From: Octopus vulgaris
Taxonomy: Eukaryota
DNA length: 64,000 nucleotides
NCBI GenBank assembly: GCA_951406725.2
Contig: OX597824.1
Span: 74,648,001-74,712,000 of the forward strand
Direction of reading: 5' to 3'
This document shows positions 13,297-27,361 of the stretch, piece by piece. Under the pieces are notes generated by a model. It was not told the DNA's origin. It made no database searches and saw only the letters and a program-made list of their open reading frames with translations. A program made the position numbers and the translations under genes. How positions within the stretch are numbered: the first letter of the stretch is position 1; each line of letters begins with the position of its first letter.

Positions 13297-13714
13297 AAGA
13301 GAAAGAGAGAGGGAGAGAAAGAGAGAGAGAGAGCGTGTGTGTGTGTGTGTGTGTGTAAAATTAAGGTTACCTTAAAGTGAGTTTAAAAATATAAAAAATA
13401 ATATTAACTACTAAGGAGACCCCGAACGCAAAGGAGAAAATAGTTGAATAAAGAGTCAACAAAACTCGAGGAGAAAACAAATTTTATTACCTACCCGCTC
13501 AAGGAGAAACTACTTCTAGCCGCTTCCGCTAGGCAATCTCGACACCACACTTTTCAGTTGCTGTTCAAGCCAGAATTTTCATGGTAAACCAAACAGAGCA
13601 ATCATAATTGCATTACGTCAGTTGAAGGAAACTTCTACATATGTATGTGTGAGTATGTGTACGTGTATACATATATATACATATATGTATGTATGTTAGT
13701 ATGTATTCGTTTAT

Positions 13715-14068
13715 TCTTTTGATTGTTTCAGTCATTTGACTGCGGCTACGCTGGAACATCGCCTTGAAGGGTTTTTAGTTGAACAAATCGATCCCATGAC
13801 TTATTTTTTAAAGCCTAGTACTTATTCTATTGATCTCTTTAAACCGAACCACTAAGTTACGGTTAAGCGGTGATGGAGGACAAAAACAGGTGCAAAGACA
13901 CTCTCACAAATATATATACACATACATGTATATGCACGACGGGCTTCTTTCAGTTTCTGCCTACCAAATCCACTCATGAAGATTTTGTCGAGCCGAGGCT
14001 ATAGTAAAAGACACTTGCCCAATCATGTGGTAGGGAAGTAAGCTTCTTACCACACTGCCACACCTGCG

Positions 14069-14070
<2 letters not shown>
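13715..14070 (-). mobile_element. SINE family A, diverged
   Basis: Homologous to family A, with deletions. Confidence 0.75.
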
Positions 14071-14111
<41 letters not shown>

Positions 14112-14580
14112 CACTACACACACACATACATACATACATACAAACACACACACAAAAGCAACACATATATGCATGTAAAGTCACTCACACAGGCATGCGC
14201 AAATAAATACTTGCATTATATATCTGCCTATACTTCCTGCAAATGTAATGTTAATAATGATATATTTTAATGCAATGTTTAAGAAACCCCAGATTCTTGA
14301 TCACTTCGTACTGTAGAGACCCAACTAAATCGAAATTGCAGCTACATATGAATGTTCATTAAAAGAATAATTAAGAAGAAAATTTAATCAAGAAATGCAT
14401 AAAAATACTTTTGTTCCTTTCACTAAGGAAAATAAAACTATTAATATGAATTATAGCTAGGCGGTTCTCTCCCTTGCCATAAAGGCAACATTCAATCAAT
14501 GAATGTATGCATGTACATACATACATACACACATACGTAATTACGGGTGTGTGTATATATATATATATATCTTTATCATT

Positions 14581-14716
14581 TCTTTTTATCTTTTACTTGT
14601 TTCAGTCATTTTACTGCGGCCATGCTGGAGCACCGCCTTTAGTCGAGCAAATCGACCCCGGGACTTATTCTTTGTAAGCCCAGTACTTATTCTATCGGTC
14701 TCTTTTGCCGAACCGC
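14581..14716 (-). mobile_element. SINE family A, 3' fragment
   Basis: Near-identical to the family A tail. Confidence 0.8.
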
Positions 14717-14858
14717 TATATATAGACAGATACATATATACTTGCACACAGGCAAATGCACTGAGGATGCACCACAGATACAAGTGCACTCATATACGCA
14801 GACACATATATACACATACAAACATACACATTCGTGCACATACCACACGCATACATAG

Positions 14859-14920
<62 letters not shown>

Positions 14921-15514
14921 ACATAGACACATACGCACACATACAGGTTCACATATAAACTGTGTGTATTCATACGCATATTCTCATATATATTTAGAAA
15001 GTATTGCTGGCTAGACGGTATTTATTCCCTTTTTGAAACGAAAATAGAATCTGTCTTGTTAAACAGGTTGACACTTTTTTTTAATACAAGCAGTGGCGGA
15101 TCTACTATAAAACAAATGAAGCTTAAGTTTTAGGGCCCTTAATCCCGGAGGGGGCCTCTCTGAAACAATTTAAATTTTTTCATTCTGTCAATTTTTTAAA
15201 TTTTGTATTTTGCCTGGCTTACAAGCTGTTCCACTTGATGTTTCTGCCGATGTGGGGTCGTATAAAAAATAAATGTACAATTGACCTGCAGATAATTCAC
15301 TTTTTTTGTATTATTTTGCAAACTTCAGCCCGGCCCCTCCCATCGTCAAATATGTCTACTACTACATCAGCACGGTAGAGATAAGAATTCTTATTTTCTC
15401 AGCGGGACACCCATTATTTAATGAACAATGAAAGGGTTTGCCTCTTAGTTTGGAACTTACAATCTGTTCAGTAACAAAGCATTTTTACTACTTTAAAAAT
15501 TGTTTGGATATCTT

Positions 15515-15845
15515 GACCCCCTTCGGTCATGAATGACCATGGGATTGCACCTAGAAAGTTACCCCCCTAGACACAAGTCCGGGCAAAGTTGTTTATGGAA
15601 GGCCAGCAGTCGCCCATGCATACCGGCCTCCCCTCTCCACGACACCAGTGTTATCCAAGGGAAAGACAAAGGTCGATACAGCTTGGCACCTGTGACGTCG
15701 CAACTCATTTCTACAGCTGAGTGAACTGGAGCAACGTGAAATAAAGTGCCTTGCTCGAGAACACAACACGTAGCCCGGTCCGGGATTCGAGCTCACAACC
15801 TCACGATCGTAAGCTCGACGCTCTAACCACTGAGCCATGCACCTA
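15515..15845 (-). mobile_element. SINE family D (tRNA head + CORE-like domain)
   Basis: Minus strand reads TGGCTCAGTGGTTAGAGC...GAGCTCGAATCCCGG...CTCGAGCAAGGCACTTTATTTCACGTTGCTCCAG. The head is related to 62327-62575. Confidence 0.75.
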
Positions 15846-15887
15846 TCACCTTATACAAAATGAACAATTCTTCATTTATGACTATAT

Positions 15888-16122
15888 ATATTTCTTTATT
15901 GCCCACAAGGGGCTAAACATAGAGAGGACAAACAAGGACAGACAAAGGGATTAAGTCGATTACATCGACCCCAGTGCGAAACTGGTACTTTTTATTTATC
16001 GACCCCGAAAGGATGAAAGGCAAAGTCGACCTCGGCGGAATTTGAACTCAGAACGTAACGACAGACGAAATACCGGTAAGCATTCCGCCCGGCGCGCTAA
16101 CGTGTCTGCCAGCTCGCCGCCT
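15888..16122 (-). mobile_element. SINE family B monomer with TSD
   Basis: TTATGACTATATA flanks both sides (~15877 and ~16123). Confidence 0.85.
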
Positions 16123-16446
16123 TTATGACTATATATTAAGTTGTAGACCCTTATCTTGATCGATCTCTGTCTTGCTGTGGCTAATGAAAATATTAACCCA
16201 ATTTTTTCCCCAGAAGTCTAGGCCGCAAGAAGAATAGCAACGTCTTCAAGAAAGTACTTAAGCGGATACCAGAAACGTTAGCTCAAGGAAAAGCAATCTA
16301 AGGAAATTTCTAAATGTCAAAACCTATCAAACTATTTTACAATGTCAAGTAAAAGTTTGTTTTCACCTGTAACCGAAACAATGCATGCAAGCACCAATGA
16401 AGTCAATGATAGTGCACAAACCAGGAGTGCTCTCATAAAGACGGTG

Positions 16447-16805
16447 AACTGGCAGAAATGCTTAGCGGTATTTCGCCTGCCGTTACGTTCTGAGTTCAAA
16501 TTCCGGCGAGGTCGACTTTGCCTTTCATCCTTTCGGGGTCGATAAATTAAGTACCAGTTACGCACTGGGGTCGATATAATCGACTTAGTCCCTTGTTTGT
16601 CCTCTCTGTGTTTAGCCCCTTGTGGGTATTTCGTCTGCCGTTACGTTCTGCGTTCAAATTCCGCCGAGGTCGACTTTGCCTTTCATCCTTTCGGAGTCGA
16701 TTAAATAAGTACCAGTGACGCAGTGGGGTAGATATAATCGACTTAATCCGTTTGTCTGTCCTTGTTTGTTCCCTCTGTGTTTGGCCCCTTGTGGGTAGTA
16801 AAAAA
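16447..16805 (+). mobile_element. SINE family B dimer
   Basis: The internal unit restarts at ~16627 (GGTATTTCGTC). Confidence 0.8.
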
Positions 16806-17286
16806 ATAACAAACAATGAGTGCTCTGTTTAGCAATAATCAGCCTACTTTTGACAATGTTGGTGCAGATGATGATCACAAAGAGCAGAAATAGGAAACAG
16901 GAAGCAAGTTTAGTGATTTCGAAGAATACAGTGACCTGGCAAAGTAGCCCGTAACAATTGATAATGATTTCATACAAAACTGTTTAATGCATGACATCAA
17001 TTTTTTTTTTTAAGTATATACTGAATCCAACAAGATTCACAAACAACAAAATCGAAGTTTCTCAACAAGTACTTTGAAAAAAGATTGAAAAATGGTCAGA
17101 TTGTGATGAAATCCTGGTTAGTTTACTGTTTAGTCCGCAAACTCTCAAATTTTACACATGCATTACATACGGTCCATGGGGTGTCATGAGCCAAAAAAGT
17201 TTTCAACTTCTTGCCTAATGCGGCCCGGACCAATTTTTTACACCGGTTCGCTATTACGTATCAAAAGTGAAAGAATAACACATATT

Positions 17287-17492
17287 TCTCTTTCTCTTTA
17301 CTTGTTTCAGTCATTTGACTGCGGCCATGCTGGAGCACCGCCTTTAGTCGAGCAAATCGACCCTGGGACTTATTCTTTTGTAAGCCCAGTACTTATTCTA
17401 TCGGTCTCTTTTGCCGAACCGCTAAGTGACGGGGACGTAAACACACCAGCATCGGTTGTCAAGCAATGCTAGGGGGACAAACAGACACACAA

Positions 17493-17523
<31 letters not shown>

Positions 17524-17689
17524 AATACATATATACGACGGGTTTCCGTCTACCAAATCCACTCACAAGGCTTTGGTCGGCCCGAGGCTATAGCAGAAGA
17601 CACTTGCCCAAGGTGCCACGCAGTGGGACTGAACCCGGAACCATGTGGTTGGTTAGCAAGCTACTTACCACACAGCCACTCCTGCGCCT
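17287..17689 (-). mobile_element. SINE family A, full length
   Basis: Complete from head to tail. Confidence 0.88.
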
Positions 17690-19215
17690 ATATGTTTCAC
17701 TTTTATTCTTCCGGTTCATAACAATGTTTCATTCTCATTGCACATTTACTGTTTCATATTAACGCTTAAATAAACATGACATTGAAATGACGCGTAAACG
17801 GCTCCTTTCCCCAGAAAATGAAAGATTTGGCTGCTATTTCTAACATGCCTTGGTACCACGTAACAGCTATTTGCGATAACATCATGTCGTTCTTAAATTA
17901 ACATTCATTATTTATGATTCGAAACATTCACAAATTTTCCTCCAAGTAAATAACTTCATCGTTCTATCATTGAACAATGCAAGTTGACACTTGCATTGTT
18001 ACATTTAACGCATGGTTTTGCCACATTTGATTGATGCGTTTCCGCTTCATCTATAACCGTTTCAGGTTATCTAGAGTTTGCAAAAACAAACCGAGATATT
18101 AACCCTTACATTAACATTTAATATAGTGCTTCCATCGTTCATTCCCGAACACCCTGTATGGTGTACGGTTGTTCCACATTCAACAACTTCTGCCCAACTG
18201 GACAGAATCTAACTCCACTCGTCTAATTTTATGGAGTTATTCATATCGATTCATTTCAACGACCATTATAATTGATGACAACGCCGTTACATAGTAATTC
18301 AGTACGTAACCTTTTTCATTCGTAAATTGGATAAATTTTGATAAATGCACCCGCACGCGTTTCACTAAGGTAAAAAAGGGATTGTTTATATGGAAGTACC
18401 CTGAACTCATAATATGCCACGAATCTCCTTTTTTTTTTTTTCAGAAACGAAGGGAGGGTTGTCGTGGTGGACCTCGGATTTTCACCCGAATGTCCGAGGT
18501 CTCGCACCACATAAACGGCTCCTTTCTACAGAAAATGGAAAATTTGGCTGCTATTTCTAACATGCACTGCTACCATGTAACAGCTATTTGCGATAACGGC
18601 ATGTCCTTTATCGCAAATACCTGTTCAGTGGTAGCAGGACGTACTAGAAATACCAGCCTAATCGGTTCATAACAATGTTTCACTTTGTTTGCTTCACTTT
18701 TAATTCGAATTTACACATTTACCACTCGATGACCAGTTCATAATTATCGCACCGGTTGCAATGTTGCAAGCTATTTACATTTACAGTTTCATATTACCAC
18801 TTCAATTAACATGACATCGAAATGACGCGTAAACAGCTCCTTCAGGGAGATAAGACTTTCCCAAGGTCAACAAAAGCATGCTGCAGCACGTCAAATGGAG
18901 TCTGAAGAGAGAATCAATATGAGACTTTCTCAAAATCAGTAAAAGGCATGCTGCAACACGTCAGACGGAGTCTCGAGAGAGAGAAGGTATATGACACTTT
19001 CCCAAGATCAGCAAAAGCATGTTGCAGCACATAATGCTGAATCATTAAATCAATGTTTTAATGATTAGACAGAGGTCCAATAGAATAGCTCTCAGAAATA
19101 GACCACGTACAAATTCGTTTTTCACGACTCCTGGAACTGCTTTCAGATATGATCCATCCCATTCTTATAAAAATGATAACTCTGTCGAAATTGATTTGCT
19201 AAACACAAATTGTCG

Positions 19216-19445
19216 TTTCTTATTTCTTTATTGCCCACAGGGGGCTAAACATAGAGAAGACAAACAAGGACACACAAACGGATTAAGTCGATTATATCGA
19301 CCCCAGTGCGTAACTGGTACTTAATTTATCGACCCCGAAAGGATGAAAGTTGACCTCGGTGAAATTTGAACTCAGAACGAAACGGCAGACGAAATACCGC
19401 TAAGCATTTAACCCGGCGTGCTTAACGTTTCTGTCAGGTCACCGT
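19216..19445 (-). mobile_element. SINE family B inserted in Helitron coding relic
   Basis: Family B sequence on the minus strand. Confidence 0.8.
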
Positions 19446-20097
19446 TTCTGTAGGTCTTTAAAACTTTCAAATGAAACAAATGGCATGTGCTGCTCAGGCG
19501 ATCAGGTAAGATTCCCAACGCTACCACTCCTCTTCAACCTCTTATGGATCTTCTACAAGGTACTTCCATCCAGTCAAAGGGTTTTTTTCTGAATATCAGA
19601 CAATGCAACTCTGCATTTCAAATGACATCGCTTACTGCATCTAAGATTGTTAAACATGAATTTACGCCGACTTCAAAGTTCAAGGCGAGTCTATCACCTC
19701 ATTGGTTCCCTGTTACCCACAAATGAACAATCACAGTGCCTCCAAATTTACTTTATGAGTGATGTAGGACAACAAACCCGAAGGAGGTGATAAAACTTCA
19801 GACGATAGGTCATGTTAGATGCATTGCTGACTGCAGCAAAGGAGAGTATATCCACTGACAGCTTTTTGGTGCGTTCAGAAGTCACCTAACCCCCACCCCC
19901 AATTTTCTATGACAGGTTAGGGCCTGGAAAACTCCAAACAGATGCATAACATGTCGCTTAGTCGAATTAGCCCATCATTTACTCCACAAATGTTTTGTTG
20001 TCAATGCTGCACTTTCCCATATGACTTGTTTCGACATAACTGTAATAAATATATATATGCCTTTTTTTATCCCGAGCAACGCCGGGTATCTCAGCTA

Positions 20098-20169
<72 letters not shown>

Positions 20170-20779
20170 TTACACATATACATATACATATACATATATA
20201 TATATATATATACATATAGAGACAGAGAAAGAGAAGGTGGAGGACAGAGAGACGGAGTCATATAGATAGATAAATCGATCGATCGATCGATTGTATATTT
20301 CACTACCCTATGGTTATGAATCACATACACACACTTGTGTGTGTGTGTATGTGTGCGTATTCGTGCGTGTATGTATGTGATTGTGCATAGTTCATAACTA
20401 AACAGCACTCAAATATACGAATACATCTACATACATACATACATACATACACATATACATGCAAATATATACTATATATATATTTATATATAATTATACA
20501 TATTGTGCGGTAGATATTTAACTGTGTGCTAACACAGGTGTTAGCTACGTGAAGTTAGCATATTTAAATATATATGCTTCGTGTGGGAAGTGTTATGTAA
20601 TCAATACAGAATGAGTTATCTGGCTAATTATATATTTATAATTACCGATATAAAATCAATTATCTAATAACAACAACAACGACAATAGTGAAAATAATAT
20701 TAATAATAATAATATTGATGATAATAATAACAACAACAACAACCAGACATCACCAACATTCATAATAATAGTAATGGCT

Positions 20780-21320
20780 CAATGAAATTACAAAAGGCGA
20801 CATTACAATGTTGCCAGAATGGTTCACTGGAAACTATGTAACAAGTTTGAAGTCGAAAAGGTGAGAAAATGGCATGATTATGAGCCAAAGCATGTGGTAG
20901 AAGATGACAGAATTTCATGATCCAATATAATCATGGAATCGATAATCGAAAACTCGATTTCGTGCTGGTAGAGAAGGGGGAAAAACTGTGTCTGAGCATA
21001 GAAATCGTGTGCCCTGGGGACAGCAGAGACGTTGAAAAAGGAGTAAAAATGATGCGATATGAAACCCTGAAGTGAGAAATCAAAAACGTATTGTTCATAG
21101 GAAAGGTGAATGTTGTGACAATAATTGTTGGTTCTCTAGGTACAGTGAGCAAAGAAATTGAAATATGCTTGAAAGAAAAATGAAAATAAAGCACATCCAG
21201 AGAGAACAGCATTACTTGGCGGTGCAGGGAGTCTCCGTTATGTCCTCGAGTTTTGAAAAGATCGTAACAGCTTAGTTCAGAGGAAGTAAACAGCTGGTAT
21301 AATAGCACAGCTGGTATAAT
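20780..21320 (+). mobile_element. Degenerate RLE-type LINE 3' fragment
   Basis: DYEPKHVVEDD...D-F-V-L-V-E-K...IEIVCPGD...YETLK...IIVGSLGTV, following an (AAT/AAC)n tract. Confidence 0.65.
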
Positions 21321-21323
21321 AAA

Positions 21324-21558
21324 AGGCGGCGAGCTGGCAGAATCGTTAGCACGCCGGGCGAAATGTTCAGCGGTATTTCGTCTGCCGCTACGTTCTGAGT
21401 TCAAATTCCGCCGAGGTCGACTTTGCCTTTCATCCTTTCGGGGTCGATTAAATAAGTACCAGTTACACACTGGGGTCGATATAATCGACTTAATCCGTTT
21501 GTCTGTCCTTGTTTGTCCTCTCTATGTTTAGCCCCTTGTGGGTAGTAAAGAAATAGGT
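21324..21558 (+). mobile_element. SINE family B monomer
   Basis: GGTATAATAGCACAGC is duplicated on both sides. Confidence 0.85.
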
Positions 21559-21611
21559 ATAATAGCACAGCGAGCAACCAGCTGAGTATGTCAGAGATTA
21601 TGATGATGATT

Positions 21612-21660
<49 letters not shown>

Positions 21661-21661
<1 letters not shown>

Positions 21662-22165
21662 AAATGCCCTGATGCAGTACCAGGCAGTGGCTCTCATGGC
21701 TTCTGATCTTAACTGATTGGAAGTGTTATCATGTACATTGTTTTGTCTCGGTATAAATGATGGGCTACAGCAAATATTCTGTTCAATACCACAGATTTGC
21801 TTGTCAGTTGTTTGTCCTTAACCAGTTGAGCATGTCCCTTAGTGGCTGACGATATGTGCATCTCTGATCATGAGCAGAAGTAGTGGGGGGGGGGGGGGCA
21901 TCATGGCCATGTGCCGAGAGGAATTCTTTGGGGTTTGAATAATTCCCCTTTGGAAACACGGGTGGTTCGTTCGACCAGAAGAAAATTCTAACAGGGCCCC
22001 ACCTGCAAGGTCATGCGCTGTTTATCTTGATATGAGATCACCATGTTGCGCACATATGGTTGTGATGCATGTGCCTGGTGTACCCTTATCAGATGGGTAG
22101 TCATGATGGGTATACTGGGCTATTTTACCCCAGTGTCACTTTGACGGCATGCACTGCTCTCTCAC
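21661..22165 (-). mobile_element. Probable SINE/retroposon of another family between (GAT)n and (AAT)n tracts
   Basis: GC-richer ~500-bp block bounded by trinucleotide tracts. Single copy in this window; family and strand are inferred. Confidence 0.4.
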
Positions 22166-22170
22166 ATAAC

Positions 22171-22236
<66 letters not shown>

Positions 22237-22743
22237 GAGGGGGGAGGACGACGACGACGAGGACGAGGAGGAGGAGCACCGTGCTGAATAACAACGTGGA
22301 CGTGCTACACCGGGCTCCCCATACAAAACACAAATCTAGTCTAATAGCATCGGTGGAATGGAAAAAAAAGGAAGCTGTGGAAGATTTGAAGGAAGCGGCC
22401 ATTTAACGAAAATAATCACAAAAAACGAAATTTCCCTGCCATACAAAGCACAGTTTCTCCCATGCACGATGTCTCAGTTAAACATGTACGAAAGAGGCGT
22501 GCGAAAGGAACATCGGAATGTTTACAAACTATGAAATATAAGTGGAACAAAACAGTAAGTACGTAAATTGATTAATTACGCATACACTCGAATGTCTATA
22601 CAATCACATATATATTTTAATACCCATAGGACTAAACATACGCCCCAATGTTTACACAATCACGTGAAATTTACAGGACACGCATACACGCATATGAAAG
22701 CGCGTGTCACAAACGCAGCAAAACAATAACAAATCAATTTTTC

Positions 22744-23875
22744 AGATCTTTTATGTTTGGCTGCCAGCGTCAATTTTCTGTTCGAATTGATTTCATATTC
22801 AATGTAGTGATAAACTTTTATTGGCTAATCGATAACGTGAAAGAAATTTTCGCTATAAATCGATAAATGAAGAGTTATTTGTAATTAAATTTTGAAAATT
22901 TTGGTAATAAAATTTCGAGAGTTTTGTAGCCATTCGTGAGCCACAAATACATTCATGGCTGTTTCTATAGGAAGAAGCAGAAGATGAGAACTCTTTTGCC
23001 TAATGCCGTAGTAACAGTCTTTGCAAAGTCTTTTATCCACGAGGAAGCACGTGTTGACAAATTTGACACTGTGTTCTGTGTTCTGTGTGATTATGGCAAC
23101 AAGCTCCAGTAACTTTGCTTCTATTATGGAAAAACTGAAAACAGAGGAGGATACTGTGTCGTACCTTCAAGAAAACGGTGTTATACCCAAAAGAAAATTA
23201 TGTAAAAAGAAACGTTATGTGTACGAAAAGATGTGGTGGAAACATGTATTGGCGATGCTCGCAGCTTAAATGTTTTGTTTTAAAGCATATTTGAATTGTA
23301 ATTAAACATATTTATATTGTAATGTGTTTATCGCACGTGACGTGTGGTTCATTGCATTTGCATTAAATTTATATTCAATGTTTAAATGTTTGTTTACTCG
23401 TTACTTTTTGCCATTGAGCATTGAGGTTGTTGTGAGGTGTGCTAAAAATAACCGTTAAATAAGATTTTATGGCTACATCTTTTAAATCAAAGTTTATTTG
23501 CTAACATCTCGCTCAGATATTTAAAACTAACTGGGTTTTTTTTTCTTTTAAATTAACATAAACATATATTTACGTGAAAGAAAATTACCGGAAACATAAC
23601 ACGTGTTGTTTACAAATATTGACAACACGTGCTATTTTCAGGATGTTGACGACAAAATGTGCAGTCGCGCACAAAATGACAGCTTCCAAATCCTGTTTCC
23701 TGACAGGGTGAAAACGATCAAACTTTAAACCTCTATAACTTTTTTAAAACATTTTTCTGGAAAAAAATTAAATAACTCCAGCAATTCTGTTTGGGCAAAT
23801 GTATTATTGTACCAAATTTTAAAATTTTCGGTAAACTTAATTTTTGAAATGCTGGCAACCAAACCGAAAAGATTC
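22744..23875 (+). mobile_element. Merlin (IS1595/IS1016-like) deletion derivative with imperfect TIRs
   Basis: TIRs AGATCTTTTATGTTTGGCTGCCAGC / GCTGGCAACCAAACCGAAAAGATTC. Flanks CAATTTTTC / CAATTTTC give a ~8-bp TSD. Internal LKTEEDTVSYLQENGVIP...C...WRCSQLKC resembles the Merlin N-terminal Zn-ribbon. Confidence 0.65.
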
Positions 23876-23999
23876 CAATTTTCTTCGAACTAACACAGAC
23901 AGGGTGAACAATTCATAAGTTTAAAAACACCACAAAGAAACTATGCCCAGAGATAAGTCTGTCAACAGAAAAAATACAGACGAATGCTTATGACAATAT

Positions 24000-26900
24000 T
24001 CCTTTGTTTCTTTCCATCTTGAAATTCTGCTACGTTACGAGCAGTGTTTTCATTCAGAGAACTCAGAGGCGGTGTTGTCTTAAAAATTTAACCCTAAACA
24101 GACAGACCCGACCCCCTAATGTCAACGTCCAAGCTCGTTATGCTTCAAAGATAGCAAAGCAAAATACACACCGGAGTTTCCGTCACCCGAGTCAGTAAGG
24201 GCCGCGCACCCCACAGAGGAGCCAGACTGGGTGCAAAAAATCAGCTACTGGTTCAAATCTTCCCGAAATACAGGAACTGGAAGTACTCCATAACCGGAAT
24301 ACCCCAACAGATGGCCATCCACGCTCGTCGTCAAGAGAAAACAATAAAGAAGTTCTTAAAATCTTCTATCGTACTATATATTTCTCCACAAATAAATCTA
24401 ATACTGAACAAACCTACCTAAGCTGGAGAGAGAAGCAACTTGAAAATCCTACATAGATAGTAACAAACTTGCCAGCGTCAGAGGAAACAGCATAAAAAAG
24501 AAATTACTAACTGAATTAGAGGTTGACCAAATTAAACAATCAGTAAGGGATAAAAGGAACGAAGTTACAGCTAAAGAAGGTACTGCTGAGGAAATAATTA
24601 CAGACTAACCCAGGTCTGATGAAAAGGTAATTATGATAGAAAGAATCAATGCCATAAACATCAAAGCAGATGAAATTCAAATACACGAAGAAAGTCACAC
24701 AGAAATTGACCCAACTGAACTCGATGATCTAAAAATTAAATCATGATTGACTGGCTGAAAATTAAAGTAATCAGTATGAATGAAGGTGACACTCTCCCAA
24801 AAATTCGCAACTCTTTCCAAAACCTTAAAGTAATTGGTAAAATCCGTCTTGCACTTAAGGGTATAATTTCAGATAATGATGTTGATATTACAGATCTCAG
24901 TCACCTATACTGTGTATCCGCGAAAATCTCAACGATTCGATGTGGTGAAAAAATTAGAAAACGACAACATTCCCATAAACAGCCTATTTGGTAAGAGCGT
25001 ATTTAACACCAAATTCAGTTACTTAGGTCTGACATAGGATGTTTGAAAAATCTTAAGTTTGATAAAAATATCAAACCAACTAAAATCCAAAAATTAAAGA
25101 AAAATTGTAATATGAAAACCATAATTGACATTGATACCACCATAGAAAATATCAAGCAAAAGGTATCTGTTAAAGTTGCTCGCATAGTTCGGTATGAAAA
25201 GCGCGTTAGGCTCTTCAAGGACAACATGTTCAAAATTAAACCTCAAAATTTTTTACAGGAAGAAAGGGAAAATACTAGTTACAGTAAAGTCTGTCCCATC
25301 AAAAGAAGAACCGCACGGATTTTGGAATAAAATTTAGGCAGAAGAAAAAACGCACAATGAAAAGGCTCCTTGGATTGATAGAATATCTACTGACATTAAG
25401 AGCAAGGTAGAGAAGGTAAGATCTGCTCTCAGGAAATCAAGCAAATAGAAGTCCCCAGGAAAGGATAAAATTCCTAACGTCTGATTGAATGTCTTCCCAG
25501 AAAGTCATGAACTGCTAACACAACTTTACGGCAATGTTTTGCAACAACCTAGTACGATTCTCTCTTTGCTAGTTAATGGTGTTACGTTTCTACTTCCAAA
25601 AAATGAAAAAACAAATGAACCAAAAAATTATAAACCCATAACCTGCTTAACAACAATGTATGAAATACTAACATCTGTCTTGACTGAATACACCTATAGT
25701 TTTTTTAATAGAAAATGGCATCTTCCCGAATGAACAAAAAGGATGTAAACGCGGGTCCTATGGTTGTAAAGATCAGCTACTCATTCATAAGATGATCCTG
25801 GAAGATTGTCACAAATAACACAAGAACTTGTCGATAGCCTGGATAGACTATAAAAAAAGCTTTTGATAGCCAACCACATTGCTGGAGTAAGAAATGTCTG
25901 GAAATGTATAAAATAGCACCTACTCTGCGAAATTTATCTGTAAGTTTGAGATCATGGAGGCTACACTGACTTTCAACAGTGACAATAAATCTCTAAATGC
26001 TAGAAATGTAAGAATTTCATGTGGCATTTTCCAGAGTGACTCTCTATCACCACTCCTCTTTTGTCTAGCCTTAATACCTCTTTCGAAATTGCTCGATGAT
26101 GTACAATATGGCTATAAATATTTTGATAAAAATATAATTATCTCTTTTACATGGATGATTTAAAGTTCTTTGCAAAAAATGACCAACAATTACAAGGCTT
26201 ACTAGCAATTGTTAATCAGTTCAGTGATGTTAAAGTATGAAAACAAAAAAAAAAACAAAAAAAACATCATACTCAGTAACAAAACAGGCAAAGAAATATC
26301 TAAGTGAATTCCAAATACAATAAATCCCAGAATTAGATGTACTGGAAACAAGCACAGAAAAAGCTAAGCGTATGAAAACCCGTGCTAAAACTGCTGCCTT
26401 AGGTATTCTTACCGATAAATGGCACGAAAAATCTCTCAATGACAAATATCCAAAGAGAGCTAATAGTGTCGATGCTGAAAAAGCCCTTACCCATAAATGA
26501 TAAGTGTCTTCTGCCTTAAAGCCAGAGACAGAAGGATTTATCATAACAGCCCAAAAACAATGCCTACCTACAAGGCGCTACTAGGCCAACATATTAAAGA
26601 ACGGCAGTAGCCCAAAATGTCGTGTATGTAAACAACAGACTGAAACCATCGATCATGTTGTCTCTATGTGCAGTCTTCTTGCGCCTACAGAGTATCTCAA
26701 CTAGCAAGATAGAGCAGCAAATTATATTCACTGGGTAATTTGCAAAAAACTGGCTTGCCCCATTAAAAACTGGCGGGAACACAAACCACCTCCAGTGCTT
26801 GAAAATGACCACATCTCACTCATCTGGAGTTTCACCGTTCAAACTGACAGAAAGATAGATACGAATAGGCCAGATATTATATTGAAGGACTTCAGACAAA

Positions 26901-27361
26901 AAGCATGCCTCCTCATCGATATGACTGTCCCAATCGACATAAATGTATCTGTCAAGGCCTATCAAAAACTGAGCAAGTATAAATATCTTGGAATAGAAAT
27001 AGGCAAAATGTAGAACCTCAAGACTAAATCAATACATGTTGTCATTGGAATGATAACAAAAGGGACTGGTTGCGACCTAACTCAGATACCAGGAAATCCA
27101 AAAGTGGAAGACATTTTAAAAAATAGTGCTCATGGGAATTGCTCATATCCTACGTAAAATACTGTCTATGTAATCCCAATATTTAAAACCAACGTATAAT
27201 GTTCCTATGTTTTCTTAAACATTCTCCCGAACAATACTTTATACAAAACCAAATATAAGGCACCTAGTCATACAGGAACTTCAACTTCTAACTTCTTGTC
27301 TCTTGAAATCTCTGGGTGTGACTTGGAGCTAACTTGTACAAATGTAAAGAAAAAGTGAAAC

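Larger units (their letters stand above)
15091..17140 (+). mobile_element. hAT-superfamily transposon, 5' relic (ZnF-TTF-type N-terminus), interrupted by SINEs
   Basis: Terminus CAGTGGCGGATCT at 15091. KYLSGYQKR...KCQNLSNYF at ~16252-16340 and RSFS...LKNGQ...WLVY at ~17050-17128. No matching right TIR found. Confidence 0.6.
17255..20098 (+). mobile_element. Helitron relic (RepHel N-terminal region + intact 3' end); 5' boundary uncertain
   Basis: AFRYDP, GMCCSG, NIRQ-x-NSAFQMTS...FTPT-x-K, YHLIGSLLP and LQIYF at 19140-19760. A 3' hairpin CCCG-AGCAACGC-CGGG (20071-20086) is followed by CTAG|T at 20095-20099. Confidence 0.8.
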
